Source: an uncultured Eubacteriales bacterium (GTDB lineage Bacteria; Bacillota; Clostridia; Christensenellales; CAG-138). Taken from it: DNA of 47,502 bases. Below are positions 21,454 to 30,189 of this stretch, piece after piece (the stretch's first letter is position 1; each line of letters starts with the position of its first letter). The stretch is taken from the NCBI GenBank assembly GCA_902790115.1, contig CADAQS010000005.1, forward strand, positions 1 to 47,502. Reading direction: 5' to 3'. The position numbers were made by a program, and so were the translations under genes. The notes below the pieces were generated by a model. The model searched no databases. It was given only the letters and a program-made list of their open reading frames with translations, and was not told where the DNA came from.

Positions 21454-23301
21454 ATGGACCGATCAAACTGGACACCGGAATTTTGCAAACGCTTTGCACG
21501 GCATGAGGATGAGCTGAAATGGCTTTACTGTGAGCTGTATCATAACGATAGGCAGGCGTACGAATCCTTTGTCGGCATGCTCTGGCGTGCCTATGAAGCG
21601 CGGCCGGAGTCGCTGAAGCGGATAGACCGTGCGCGCGAGGAGGTGCCGGATTGGTATCGCGGACACGATCTGGTCGGCATGCTGATGTATGTGAACGCAT
21701 TCGCGGGCACGCTGAAAGGCGTCGAAAAGAAGCTTGATTATATCACCGACTGCGGCGTCAATTATCTGCATCTGATGCCGCTGCTGGAAAGCCCGAAGGG
21801 ACGCAGCGACGGCGGTTACGCGGTCAGCGATTTCCGCAAGGTGCAGCCGGAGCTCGGCACGATGGACGATCTGAAAGCGCTTGCCGATAAGTGCCACGAG
21901 CGCGGCATCGCGGTCTGTCTCGATTTTGTGATGAATCACACGAGCGAGGATCACGAATGGGCGCGCCGGGCGCGCGCGGGCGAAAAGGCGTATCAGGACC
22001 GCTACTTTTTCTACGACAGCTGGGAGATCCCGAACGCCTACGAACAGACCGTGCCGCAGGTGTTCCCGACGACGGCGCCGGGCAACTTCAGCTGGTGTCC
22101 CGAGGCGAACAAGGTCGTTATGACGACGTTCTATCCCTACCAGTGGGACCTGAACTATGCGAATCCGGTCGTGTTCAACGATATGACCGACAACATGCTG
22201 AACCTGTGCAACCACGGCGTCGACATCATCCGGCTCGACGCGGTGCCGTACATCTGGAAGGCGCTCGGCACGCCGTGCCGCAACCTCCGGCAGGTGCACA
22301 CGCTCGTGCGTATGATGCGAATGGTCTCTGAGATCGTCTGCCCGGGCACGCTGCTGCTCGGCGAGGTGGTCATGGAGCCGAGCAAGGTCGTTCCGTACTT
22401 CGGCACCGTGGAAAAGCCCGAATGCCATCTGCTTTACAACGTGACGACGATGGCGTCAATCTGGCACACCGTTGCGACCAAGGACGTAAGGCTGCTGCGG
22501 CACCAGATGGAGCAGGTGTTCGCGCTGCCCAAGCAGTACACGTTTTTGAACTATCTCCGCTGCCATGACGACATCGGCTGGGGTCTGGACTATGACTTTT
22601 TGCAGCAGTTCGGGCAGCAGGAGGTTCCGCACAAGAAGTACCTCAACGACTATCTGACCGGCAAGTGGTACGGCAGTCCTGCCCGCGGCGAGCTGTACAA
22701 CGACGATCCCCGGCTCGGCGACGCGCGCCTGTGCGGCACCACGGCGTCGCTCTGCGGCATCGAGTCCGCAAGGGCGAGCGGCGACAAAGCCGCGCTCGAA
22801 AAGGCGATCCGGCTCGATGAGATGCTGCATGCGTTCATGTTTACGCTCAGCGGCGTGCCGGTTCTGTACAGCGGCGACGAGATCGCGCAACAGAACGACA
22901 ACGCCTACCGCGACGATCCGTATAAGCGCGCGGACAGCCGCTATCTGCACCGCGGCGATCTGAACTGGAACAAGGCGCGCATGCGGAACCTCAGGAACAC
23001 GACCGAAGGCAAGGTGTTCCGCGCGATCCGGACGCTTGAAACGCTGCGCGCGGGCTACAACGTGTTCGACGACGCGGCGGACACGTGGAACCTGGAAACG
23101 CACAACAACCACGTGCTCGGCATCGGGCGGTACTGCCGCGGCGAAAAGCTGCTGGCGCTGTTCAACTTTGCCGACGATGAGCAGACTGCGTGGGTGCAGG
23201 ATCCGACACGGTTTGTCGATCTTCTGACCGGCGAGCAGCGCGACGCAGGCGCGGTGAAGCTGCCGGCGGGCGGATTTGTGTGGCTGTTTCAAAGCGTGTA
23301 A
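21454..23301 (+). CDS. Amylosucrase-like GH13 glucansucrase
   Basis: 615 aa from [10 protein letters not shown], behind GGAAGGGAG SD. Collinear with Neisseria amylosucrase as recalled: [77 protein letters not shown]. The track GTG at 21292 is rejected. Confidence 0.85.
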   Translation: MDRSNWTPEFCKRFARHEDELKWLYCELYHNDRQAYESFVGMLWRAYEARPESLKRIDRAREEVPDWYRGHDLVGMLMYVNAFAGTLKGVEKKLDYITDCGVNYLHLMPLLESPKGRSDGGYAVSDFRKVQPELGTMDDLKALADKCHERGIAVCLDFVMNHTSEDHEWARRARAGEKAYQDRYFFYDSWEIPNAYEQTVPQVFPTTAPGNFSWCPEANKVVMTTFYPYQWDLNYANPVVFNDMTDNMLNLCNHGVDIIRLDAVPYIWKALGTPCRNLRQVHTLVRMMRMVSEIVCPGTLLLGEVVMEPSKVVPYFGTVEKPECHLLYNVTTMASIWHTVATKDVRLLRHQMEQVFALPKQYTFLNYLRCHDDIGWGLDYDFLQQFGQQEVPHKKYLNDYLTGKWYGSPARGELYNDDPRLGDARLCGTTASLCGIESARASGDKAALEKAIRLDEMLHAFMFTLSGVPVLYSGDEIAQQNDNAYRDDPYKRADSRYLHRGDLNWNKARMRNLRNTTEGKVFRAIRTLETLRAGYNVFDDAADTWNLETHNNHVLGIGRYCRGEKLLALFNFADDEQTAWVQDPTRFVDLLTGEQRDAGAVKLPAGGFVWLFQSV

Positions 23302-24255
23302 GAAGGGCAGAAGAAGCAGCGCGCGTTGCTCGAACAGCTCATGGGCAAGGAGAACGTCACGCCGGACGGTCAGAAGATCAAGATCTACTGCAATATCGGC
23401 AGCCGGATGACGTTCCGGCGGTGCTGAACAACGACGGCGGCGGCATCGGTCTGTTCCGTTCGGAGTTCCTGTATCTGAACTGCGACGACTATCCCACCGA
23501 GGACTATCAGTTTGAGGCGTATAAGAAGGTGCTGTCCGATATGGGCGGCAGAGAAGTCGTGATCCGCACGCTGGACATCGGTGCAGACAAGTAGATTGCC
23601 TACTTCAACCTCCCGAAGGAGGAGAACCCGGCGCTCGGCAACCGCGCGCTGCGCATCTGCCTGAACCGGCCGGAGATCTTCCATACGCAGATCCGCGCCC
23701 TGTATCGCGCCTCGGCATACGGCAGGCTCGGCATCATGTTCCCGATGGTCACGAGCATCTGGGAGGTCAAGGAAGCCAAAAAGATGTGCGAACGTGTCAA
23801 GGCGGAACTGACCGCGGAGGGCATTCCGTTCAGCGAGGAAGTCGAGCTCGGCATCATGATCGAGACGCCGGCGGCGGCCGTCATGAGCGACCGGCTTGCG
23901 AAGGAGGTCGATTTCTTCTCCTGCGGAACAAACGATCTGACGCAGTATACGCTCGCCTGCGACCGACAGAACGCGGATCTCGGACGTTTTCTTCAACCCG
24001 CATCATCCGGCCGTCCTGCGGCTTCTGAAGCTGGTTTGCGAGAATGCGCACAAGAACGGCGTGTGGGTCGGCATCTGCGGCGAACTCGGCGCGGATCTCG
24101 CGCTGACCGAGACGTTCCTGTCGATCGGCATCGACGAGCTGCCCGTCTCGCCGCGCGCGGTGCTTCCGCTGCGCCGGAAGGTGCTCGAAACCGATGTTTC
24201 CAAGGTGCGCGAAAAGGTCCTTGCCGATCTGATGAGCGACGAGAATGCGATCTGA
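23302..24255 (+). pseudogene. ptsI: ptsI (PTS enzyme I) pseudogene: 5'-truncated, two frameshifts, one in-frame TAG
   Basis: Three frames together encode [34 protein letters not shown] / [24 protein letters not shown]...[10 protein letters not shown] / IAYFNLPKEENPALGNRALRI...FFSCGTNDLTQYTLACDRQNADL / FFNPHHPAVLRLLK...GICGELG. This matches enzyme I from about residue 225 onward. Frameshifts lie near 23401-23404 and 23980-23988, and the in-frame TAG is at 23592-23594. There is no N-terminal HPr-binding or His domain. Confidence 0.85.
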
Positions 24256-24268
24256 TTGTTTCATAATC

Positions 24269-24298
24269 AAAAGCGGAGCCGGTTCGGCTCCGCTTTTT
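24269..24298. terminator. Bidirectional intrinsic terminator
   Basis: AAAA-GCGGAGCCG-GTT-CGGCTCCGC-TTTTT. Confidence 0.85.
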
Positions 24299-24305
24299 GT
24301 CGGAT

Positions 24306-24593
24306 TCAATGTCCGCGCACCGAGAAGCGCCGTTCAAAGGGGACCTTCTCGATCTCGGTGATCTGCAAATCGGTGATGTGGAGGTGCGGCTGACTTTTGA
24401 GCTGGACGAGAAGCTTGCGGATCTGTGTCACGCTGCCCTGCACTTCCATCAGAACGCTGCCGTCGGGCAGATTGTCGACCCAGCCGGTCAGACAAAGGCT
24501 GCGCGCAAAGTAATACGCCATGTAGCGAAACCCGACGTGCTGCACGCTGCCCGAAAACCGGATCCGCCACCGGACCGATGCGCTCTGCTCCAA
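24306..24593 (-). CDS. acyP: Acylphosphatase
   Basis: 95 aa. Motif FSGSVQHVGFRYMA (V-x-G-x-VQGVGFR type) and GWVDNLPDGSVLMEVQG. TTG start at 24593 lies 7 nt after GGAGGA. Confidence 0.8.
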   Translation of the reverse strand: MEQSASVRWRIRFSGSVQHVGFRYMAYYFARSLCLTGWVDNLPDGSVLMEVQGSVTQIRKLLVQLKSQPHLHITDLQITEIEKVPFERRFSVRGH

Positions 24594-24616
24594 CTGCCTG
24601 TCCTCCGTTTTTTCTT

Positions 24617-24645
24617 ACTATAACGGAAAACGGCGCAAGCGTCAA
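24617..24645 (-). promoter_or_regulatory. Promoter for acyP (TTGACG-17-TATAGT, minus strand)
   Basis: Reverse complement of 24640-24645 is TTGACG. Reverse complement of 24617-24622 is TATAGT. Confidence 0.55.
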
Positions 24646-24778
24646 GGGCGAGGCGGAACGGAGGGCGGCAGGGACACGGACAGCCGCCTGAACGGTGCTG
24701 CAAAACGGTGCGGCGGACGGTTCGTCCGGCACGGCGCGAAAGGAAAGAAATATATCTTCTTTTTCTGCGCGAAACCTG

Positions 24779-24807
24779 TGTACGAATAAAACCGAACGTG
24801 CTATACT
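24779..24807 (+). promoter_or_regulatory. Extended -10 promoter (TGcTATACT) for glnA, weak -35
   Basis: TGC TATACT at 24799-24807. The best -35 is TGTACG, which is poor. ATG 24862 follows AAGAGGA. Confidence 0.5.
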
Positions 24808-24861
24808 GTAAAAGGAGCGTAAACTCCAATATTCTGCAGAAAGCAAAGAAAGAGGATAAAC

Positions 24862-26286
24862 ATGCCAACGACAGCGAAGGATATCATGCGGCTCATTCAG
24901 GAGCAGGACATTTTGATGGTTGATTTCAAGATCGTGGATATCGACGGACAGTTCCGTCATGTGACGATTCCGGCGGCGAATTTCACCGAGGAGACGATGC
25001 AGAACGGCATCGGCTTCGACGCGTCCAACTACGGTTATGCCGTCGTGGAAAAGAGCGATATGGTCTACATCCCCGATCTGGATACCGCGCAGATCGATCC
25101 GTTCTGTGGCGTCAAGACGCTGTCCATGATCGGCAACGCGATGATTATCGACTATCCGAACAACCGTCCGCTGCCGCACTATCCGCGCAACATCATGCAG
25201 GCCGCGGTGCAGTATCTCAGGGACAGCGGCATCGCCGACACGATGCAGATCCTGCCGGAGTTTGAGTTTTACCTGTTCGACCGGGTCGGCTGGACCGTAT
25301 CGAACAATGAGATCAGCGCGTATGTCGACACAAAGCAGGCGCATTGGAACAGCGCCGCAGAGGGCAGCGGCTGCGTGGTTCCGATGCAGAAGCATTATCA
25401 CGTTGCCAAGCCGCTCGATCGAACCTTTGAATGCCGAAGCGAGATGTGCCTCGAGATTGAAAAGGCCGGCATTCCGGTCAAGTACCATCATCCCGAAGTC
25501 GGCGGCGCGGGACAGTTCGAGATTGAACCGCTGCTCGGCGAAGTGACCAAGATGGCCGACGGAACGATGATGATCAAGTACATCATCCAGAATGTCGCCA
25601 AGAAGTACGACCTCAGCGCGACGCTGATGCCCAAGCCCGTCTACGGCGAGGCCGGAAGCGGCATGCACGTGCACATGCTGCTGCTCAAGGACGGCGAGCC
25701 GGTCTTCTCCGACGACAACGGCTATTCGCATCTGAGCCGCGAGGCGCACTGGTTCATGGGCGGCCTTCTGAAGCATATTTCCTCGCTCTGCGCGATCACG
25801 AATCCGTCGACGAACTCGTTCAAGCGGCTCGTGCCGGGATTTGAAGCGCCGGTTACGGTCGGCTATGCGACGTCGAACCGCAGCGCGGTCATCCGCATCC
25901 CGGCCTATGCAAAGTCACCGAAGCTGCGCCGGTTCGAACTGCGCAATCCCGACGCGACCTGCAACCCGTACTTCTGCTACGCGGCGATCCTGATGGCGGG
26001 CATCGACGGCATCCGGAACCGGATCGACCCGCACGAGAACGGCTGGGGTCCGTACGACATGAACCTGTACGACCTGTCGGAGGAGGAGAAGAAAAAGCTC
26101 CATCATCTGCCGACGTCGCTCGAGCAGGCGCTCGATGCGCTCGAACAGGATCACGACTATCTGACGGCTGGCGGCGTGTTCCCGGAATCGCTGCTGAAGA
26201 CGTTCATCGCCCGCAAGCGTGCGGAGTGCTTTGAACTCTCGAAGATCCCGCATCCGGCGGAGTTCGACCGCTATTATAATCTGTAA
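24862..26286 (+). CDS. glnA: Glutamine synthetase, type I
   Basis: 474 aa. Motifs FEFYLFD, HHPEVGGAGQFEI, KPVYGEAGSGMHVHM, NSFKRLVPGFEAP and FELRNPDATCNPY. Confidence 0.9.
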   Translation: MPTTAKDIMRLIQEQDILMVDFKIVDIDGQFRHVTIPAANFTEETMQNGIGFDASNYGYAVVEKSDMVYIPDLDTAQIDPFCGVKTLSMIGNAMIIDYPNNRPLPHYPRNIMQAAVQYLRDSGIADTMQILPEFEFYLFDRVGWTVSNNEISAYVDTKQAHWNSAAEGSGCVVPMQKHYHVAKPLDRTFECRSEMCLEIEKAGIPVKYHHPEVGGAGQFEIEPLLGEVTKMADGTMMIKYIIQNVAKKYDLSATLMPKPVYGEAGSGMHVHMLLLKDGEPVFSDDNGYSHLSREAHWFMGGLLKHISSLCAITNPSTNSFKRLVPGFEAPVTVGYATSNRSAVIRIPAYAKSPKLRRFELRNPDATCNPYFCYAAILMAGIDGIRNRIDPHENGWGPYDMNLYDLSEEEKKKLHHLPTSLEQALDALEQDHDYLTAGGVFPESLLKTFIARKRAECFELSKIPHPAEFDRYYNL

Positions 26287-26322
26287 ATCCATTGGCCGGT
26301 GACGGAGGGGAAACAAACGTCT

Positions 26323-27516
26323 ATGGAGAAGCAACCCGGTTTCGCGCACGCCGGAAAAGGGACGTCGTTTTGGCGTCTGTGGTTCTGGAAGCCGATTCTG
26401 TTTCTGATCGTTTTTCTGCTGTTCTTCAGCCTGTTCGTCGTGCCGATGGGGCTCGGACAGGCGATCAACACGCTGATGAATACGGCGTATCATATTCTGA
26501 TGAACACCGTGTTCTACATCATGGCGATCGCCGTGATCGCGGGCGCGATCTCGGAGCTGCTGTCCGAGTACGGTGTCGTTGAACTGATCAACAAGCTGCT
26601 TTCGCCGCTGATGCGCCCGCTGTTCGGCATGCCCGGCGCGTCGGCGCTCGGCGTCGTCACGACGTATCTGTCGGACAATCCGGCGATCCTGACGCTGGCA
26701 AACGATCGGAAGTTCCGGCGGTATTTCAAAAGATACCAGGTTCCGGCGCTGACGAACCTCGGAACCGCGTTCGGCATGGGTCTGATCGTGACGAGCTCGA
26801 TGCTCGCACTTTCAACCCGGCTCGGCAGCGGCGTCGCATGGGCGGCGCTGTGCGGAAACCTCGGCACCGTGGTTGGCGCGATCGTCAGCACGCGGCTGAT
26901 GCTGTTCTTCATGAAGCGCGCGTACGGCACTGAGGCGACGGACGAAGCCGAAGCGCCGGAGGAGGAGCGAACCAAGCAGGGTGAGCGCCCGCGCGGTTTT
27001 CTGCATGTGCTGAGCGCGCTGATGGCCGGCGGCAAAAAGGGCGTCGATCTCGGTCTTGCGATCATTCCGGGCGTGCTGGTCATCTGCTCGCTTGTGATGA
27101 TGCTGACCTACGGCGCGCCCGCGGACGGCGTCTACACCGGTGCCGCCAAGGAAGGCATCGCGCTGCTGCCGGAGATCGCGGACAAGATCGGATTTGTGCT
27201 GAAACCGCTGTTCGGCTTTTCGACGAACGAGGCGCTTGCGATCCCGGTGACGGCGCTCGGCTCGGCCGGCGCAGCGCTGAGCATGATCGCGCAGTTCGCC
27301 GCGGACGGCAACATCACGCTCAACGATATCGCGGTCTACACCGCGATCTGCATGTGCTGGAGCGGATACCTCAGCACGCATGTTTCGATGATGGACGCCC
27401 TAAAGTGCACGAGATTCACCGGCAAGGCGATCCTGTGCCACACGCTTGGCGGCCTCTGCGCCGGCATCGCGGCACACTGGTTATTTATGCTCATCAGTTA
27501 TATCGTTCATCTCTGA
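26323..27516 (+). CDS. Polytopic membrane protein with nucleoside-recognition (Gate)/YjiH-like features
   Basis: About 397 aa. Segment LSPLMRPLFGMPGASALGVVTTYLSDNPAILTLANDRKF resembles Gate-domain/YjiH proteins. Starts 37 nt after glnA. The start is uncertain: ATG 26323 lies 12 nt after GGAGGGG, and the track gives GTG 26299. Confidence 0.6.
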   Translation: MEKQPGFAHAGKGTSFWRLWFWKPILFLIVFLLFFSLFVVPMGLGQAINTLMNTAYHILMNTVFYIMAIAVIAGAISELLSEYGVVELINKLLSPLMRPLFGMPGASALGVVTTYLSDNPAILTLANDRKFRRYFKRYQVPALTNLGTAFGMGLIVTSSMLALSTRLGSGVAWAALCGNLGTVVGAIVSTRLMLFFMKRAYGTEATDEAEAPEEERTKQGERPRGFLHVLSALMAGGKKGVDLGLAIIPGVLVICSLVMMLTYGAPADGVYTGAAKEGIALLPEIADKIGFVLKPLFGFSTNEALAIPVTALGSAGAALSMIAQFAADGNITLNDIAVYTAICMCWSGYLSTHVSMMDALKCTRFTGKAILCHTLGGLCAGIAAHWLFMLISYIVHL

Positions 27517-27525
27517 AATCCACGC

Positions 27526-27556
27526 AAACAGCGTCGCAAAATGCGGCGCTGTTTTT
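27526..27556 (+). terminator. Intrinsic terminator after the glnA-membrane protein pair
   Basis: AAACAGCG-TCGCAAAATGCGG-CGCTGTTT followed by TT. Confidence 0.7.
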
Positions 27557-27559
27557 CTG

Positions 27560-27588
27560 TTTACAGATGCGGACATTTGGACTATAAT
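27560..27588 (+). promoter_or_regulatory. Sigma-A-type promoter TTTACA-17-TATAAT
   Basis: TTTACA at 27560-27565 and TATAAT at 27583-27588. GAGGGGGAAG SD and ATG 27618 lie downstream. Confidence 0.65.
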
Positions 27589-27617
27589 AGGTCGGAAACC
27601 AACGAGGGGGAAGAGAA

Positions 27618-28382
27618 ATGAAACAGATCGCGGTGGTCACCGGCGCGTCGTCGGGCATGGGAATGGAGTTTGTGAAGGCGATCGACCGGGAATACCGGCT
27701 CGATGAGATTTGGGTGATCGCAAGACGGCTCGACCGACTCGAGGCGCTGCAAGCCGATTGCAAAGCCAAGATCCGGCCGCTTGCATGGGATCTTACCGAC
27801 ATGCAGAGCTTTTCCGCCTACCGGGCGCTTTTGGAAGCGGAACAGCCGCAGATCCGGCTGCTCGTCAACGCGGCGGGCTACGGCCTGTTCGGCACGTTTT
27901 CCGGGATGGGGTGCGACGAACAGCTCGGTATCATCGATCTGAACAGCCGCGCGCTGACCGCGATGTGCAGCCTGAGCCTGCCGTATCAGAAAAAAGGCGA
28001 CGCGATCGTCAACCTCGGTTCAAATTCCAGCTGGCAGCCGGTGCCGTACATGACCGTGTACGGCGCGACGAAGGCGTATGTGCTGAGCTTCAGCCGGGCG
28101 CTCGGGCGGGAGCTGAAGCAGCAGGGGATCCATGTGATGTGCGTCTGCCCGGGGTGGATTAAGACCGAGTTTATGGATCGCGCCGTGCGCGACGACACAA
28201 TCACCTATTACGATCGCTGGTATACGGCCGAACAGGTCGTCGAACAGGCGATGCATGATCTGAAAAAGCGCAAAAAGATTTCGATTCTCGGCGCGCCGGT
28301 CCGCAGTCAGGTGCGGCTTGTCAAGCTGCTTCCGGCGGACTGGATCATGAACATCTGGTGCAGACAGCAGGGCAAGGCATGA
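27618..28382 (+). CDS. SDR-family oxidoreductase
   Basis: 254 aa. Motifs VVTGASSGMGMEF (TGxxxGxG), NAAG and YGATKAY (YxxxK). Confidence 0.85.
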   Translation: MKQIAVVTGASSGMGMEFVKAIDREYRLDEIWVIARRLDRLEALQADCKAKIRPLAWDLTDMQSFSAYRALLEAEQPQIRLLVNAAGYGLFGTFSGMGCDEQLGIIDLNSRALTAMCSLSLPYQKKGDAIVNLGSNSSWQPVPYMTVYGATKAYVLSFSRALGRELKQQGIHVMCVCPGWIKTEFMDRAVRDDTITYYDRWYTAEQVVEQAMHDLKKRKKISILGAPVRSQVRLVKLLPADWIMNIWCRQQGKA

Positions 28383-29503
28383 GCGGACAAACGGTACGGC
28401 AAAAGATCCTTGCCTTTATGCGGCGCGAGCCGGTCTTACTGATTTCCGCACTTGCCGCGCTGATCAGCTGCTGCTTTGTACCGCCGGATAAGGCATACCT
28501 GGGCTATTTTGATCTTCGGACGCTTGCGCTTTTGTACTGCCTGATGACGGTCGTCGCGGGACTGAGGGCGGCTGGATTGTTTCAGGTACTTGCGCATGCG
28601 CTCTGCCGGCGTGCAAAGAGCGTGCGCGCGGTCGGCGTTCTGCTCGTGCTGCTGAGCTTTTTCTCGGCGATGCTGATCACAAACGACGTCGCACTGTTGA
28701 CCTTTCTTCCGTTTGCCGTGACCGTGCTGACGTTTGCGCAGAAGCGGCAGGCGTTGATCCGAATCGCCGTTCTGCAGACCATGGCGGCAAACCTCGGCAG
28801 CATGCTGACGCCGGTCGGCAACCCGCAGAACCTGTATCTGTATTCGCATTACGGGCTCGACGTCGGGACCTTTGTGCAAACGACGCTGCCGGTCTGGGCG
28901 GTGTCGCTCGGACTGATTCTGTTGCTGTGCCTTTCTCTGGATCGCGCACCGCTGGCCGCATCGGACGGAGCACATGCCGTGCCGGACGGCAAAAAGATTG
29001 CGCTGTACGGCGCGCTGTTTGCAGTATGTCTGCTTGTTGTGGTGCGCGTGCTGCCGTGGTGGGCGATGCTGCTGATCACCGTTGCCGCTCTGTTCGCGTG
29101 CGATCGGAAGACGCTGCTGAAGGCGGATTTTTGTCTGCTGTTGACGTTTTTGGCGTTTTTTGTGTTCTCGGGAAACCTTGCACGGATCGAGGCGGTGGAC
29201 GCGCTGCTCAAAAATCTGCTGAACGGGCGGGAATTTTTGGTATCGGTGCTGACCAGTCAGATCATCAGCAACGTTCCCGCAGCGCTGTTGCTGTCCGGCT
29301 TTACGGATAACGCCCTCGCGCTGCTGCTCGGCGTCAACGTCGGCGGACTCGGAACGCCGATCGCAAGTCTTGCGAGTCTGATCGGGCTCAAGCTCTACGC
29401 CGCGACGGACGGCGCAAAGTCCGGACGGTTCCTCACACAATTTTTGCTCGTCAACGCGGCGCTGCTGGTTCTGCTGTCGGGGTTCTGCTTGCTGGTATAC
29501 TGA
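28379..29503 (+). CDS. ArsB/NhaD/SLC13-like anion permease
   Basis: 374 aa polytopic protein with LGSMLTPVGNPQNLYLY, typical of this permease superfamily. Its ATG overlaps the SDR stop (ATGA at 28379-28382). Confidence 0.7.
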   Translation: MSGQTVRQKILAFMRREPVLLISALAALISCCFVPPDKAYLGYFDLRTLALLYCLMTVVAGLRAAGLFQVLAHALCRRAKSVRAVGVLLVLLSFFSAMLITNDVALLTFLPFAVTVLTFAQKRQALIRIAVLQTMAANLGSMLTPVGNPQNLYLYSHYGLDVGTFVQTTLPVWAVSLGLILLLCLSLDRAPLAASDGAHAVPDGKKIALYGALFAVCLLVVVRVLPWWAMLLITVAALFACDRKTLLKADFCLLLTFLAFFVFSGNLARIEAVDALLKNLLNGREFLVSVLTSQIISNVPAALLLSGFTDNALALLLGVNVGGLGTPIASLASLIGLKLYAATDGAKSGRFLTQFLLVNAALLVLLSGFCLLVY

Positions 29504-29541
29504 AATAAGCCGGAGAGCTGCTCTCCGGCTTTTGCTTTTTT
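29504..29541. terminator. Bidirectional intrinsic terminator
   Basis: AGCCGGAGAG-CTG-CTCTCCGGCT followed by TTTGCTTTTTT, between convergent genes. Confidence 0.85.
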
Positions 29542-29547
29542 GGGCGG

Positions 29548-30189
29548 TTACTGTGCGGGCAGACAGTCCGTTTCGATCGTTTCGTAAACGCCCCGGGTAC
29601 GGGAAAGGACGCTGTCAAGGAGCACTTTTCCGCTTTTTACCGTCTCTTCGACGAATGCCCGGTCGTGCAGCGACTGCAGGTTGATGCAGACGTTCAGCCA
29701 GGCACCCTTGGCGGCCGCTTCGACGGCTGCCGCTGCAACGCCGAGATCGCTCGCGCAGTTCGGATTGACCCGCCCGGGCAGCGTTTCCAGCAGGGCGGCG
29801 GTTTGGTCGCAGAGTTCGAGCATCCGGTATGGCGGGCGGATCGCCCCCTTGGTCGCATCCTCGATCGCTGCACGGCGCACGGCCTTCTGTTCGTCGGTGT
29901 CTTTCGGCAGATGCAGCGCATCCATGACGGCATCGAACGCATGCGTGTCTGCTTCGAGAACGTCCGTAAAGGCGTCTTTCAACTGCAGCCCCAGTTCTCT
30001 GGCTTTTTCCGCGCCGGCCCAGAGGTCGGCGTATTTTTTGCGCCCGACAGTAAGGTTTGCGGTCATCGTGCCGAGCGCGGCGCCGCATGCGCCGAACAGT
30101 GCGGATGCCGATCCGCCGCCGGGCGCGGGCGCGTCGCTGGCCAGTACGTCCAAAAAGGTTTTCACATCGAGGTCGGATAAACGGTTCAT
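29548..30189 (-). CDS. Formimidoyl-THF cyclodeaminase / cyclohydrolase family protein (FTCD C-domain-like)
   Basis: 213 aa from MNRLSDLDVKTF, behind AAGGAG SD. Motif PAPGGGSASALFGACGAALGTMTANLTVGRKKY. Its ATG overlaps the hutI stop (ATGA). Confidence 0.8.
   Translation of the reverse strand: MNRLSDLDVKTFLDVLASDAPAPGGGSASALFGACGAALGTMTANLTVGRKKYADLWAGAEKARELGLQLKDAFTDVLEADTHAFDAVMDALHLPKDTDEQKAVRRAAIEDATKGAIRPPYRMLELCDQTAALLETLPGRVNPNCASDLGVAAAAVEAAAKGAWLNVCINLQSLHDRAFVEETVKSGKVLLDSVLSRTRGVYETIETDCLPAQ

Noticed and set aside
19839-21488. 549-aa ORF antisense to the sulfatase gene. Similar long antisense ORFs are 8621..10423, 15929..17050, 21463..22428, 30057..31403, 31439..32377, 32205..33191, 33327..34499, 34881..35918, 36744..37769 and 38110..38937.
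   Set aside because: All are Arg/His/Asp-rich shadow frames opposite confidently identified genes. None has an SD-start pairing or a recognisable domain.
23592-23594. In-frame TAG in ptsI as possible recoding (pyrrolysine or read-through)
   Set aside because: The gene also has two frameshifts and lacks its entire N-terminal half. No pyl genes are seen. Simple pseudogenisation explains it.
24734-24770. Purine/pyrimidine-rich imperfect palindrome (GCGCGAAAGGAAAGAAATATATCTTCTTTTTCTGCGC) upstream of the glnA promoter as a GlnR/TnrA-type operator or RNA element
   Set aside because: It does not fit TGTNA-N7-TNACA. It has several mismatches as a DNA palindrome. It also lies upstream of both divergent transcription starts, so it would not be transcribed. 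There is not enough support.
24808-24861. glnA leader as a glutamine riboswitch or T-box
   Set aside because: Only about 50 nt lie between the -10 and the ATG, with one small hairpin (GGAG-CGTAAA-CTCC). This is too short, and it lacks the conserved cores.
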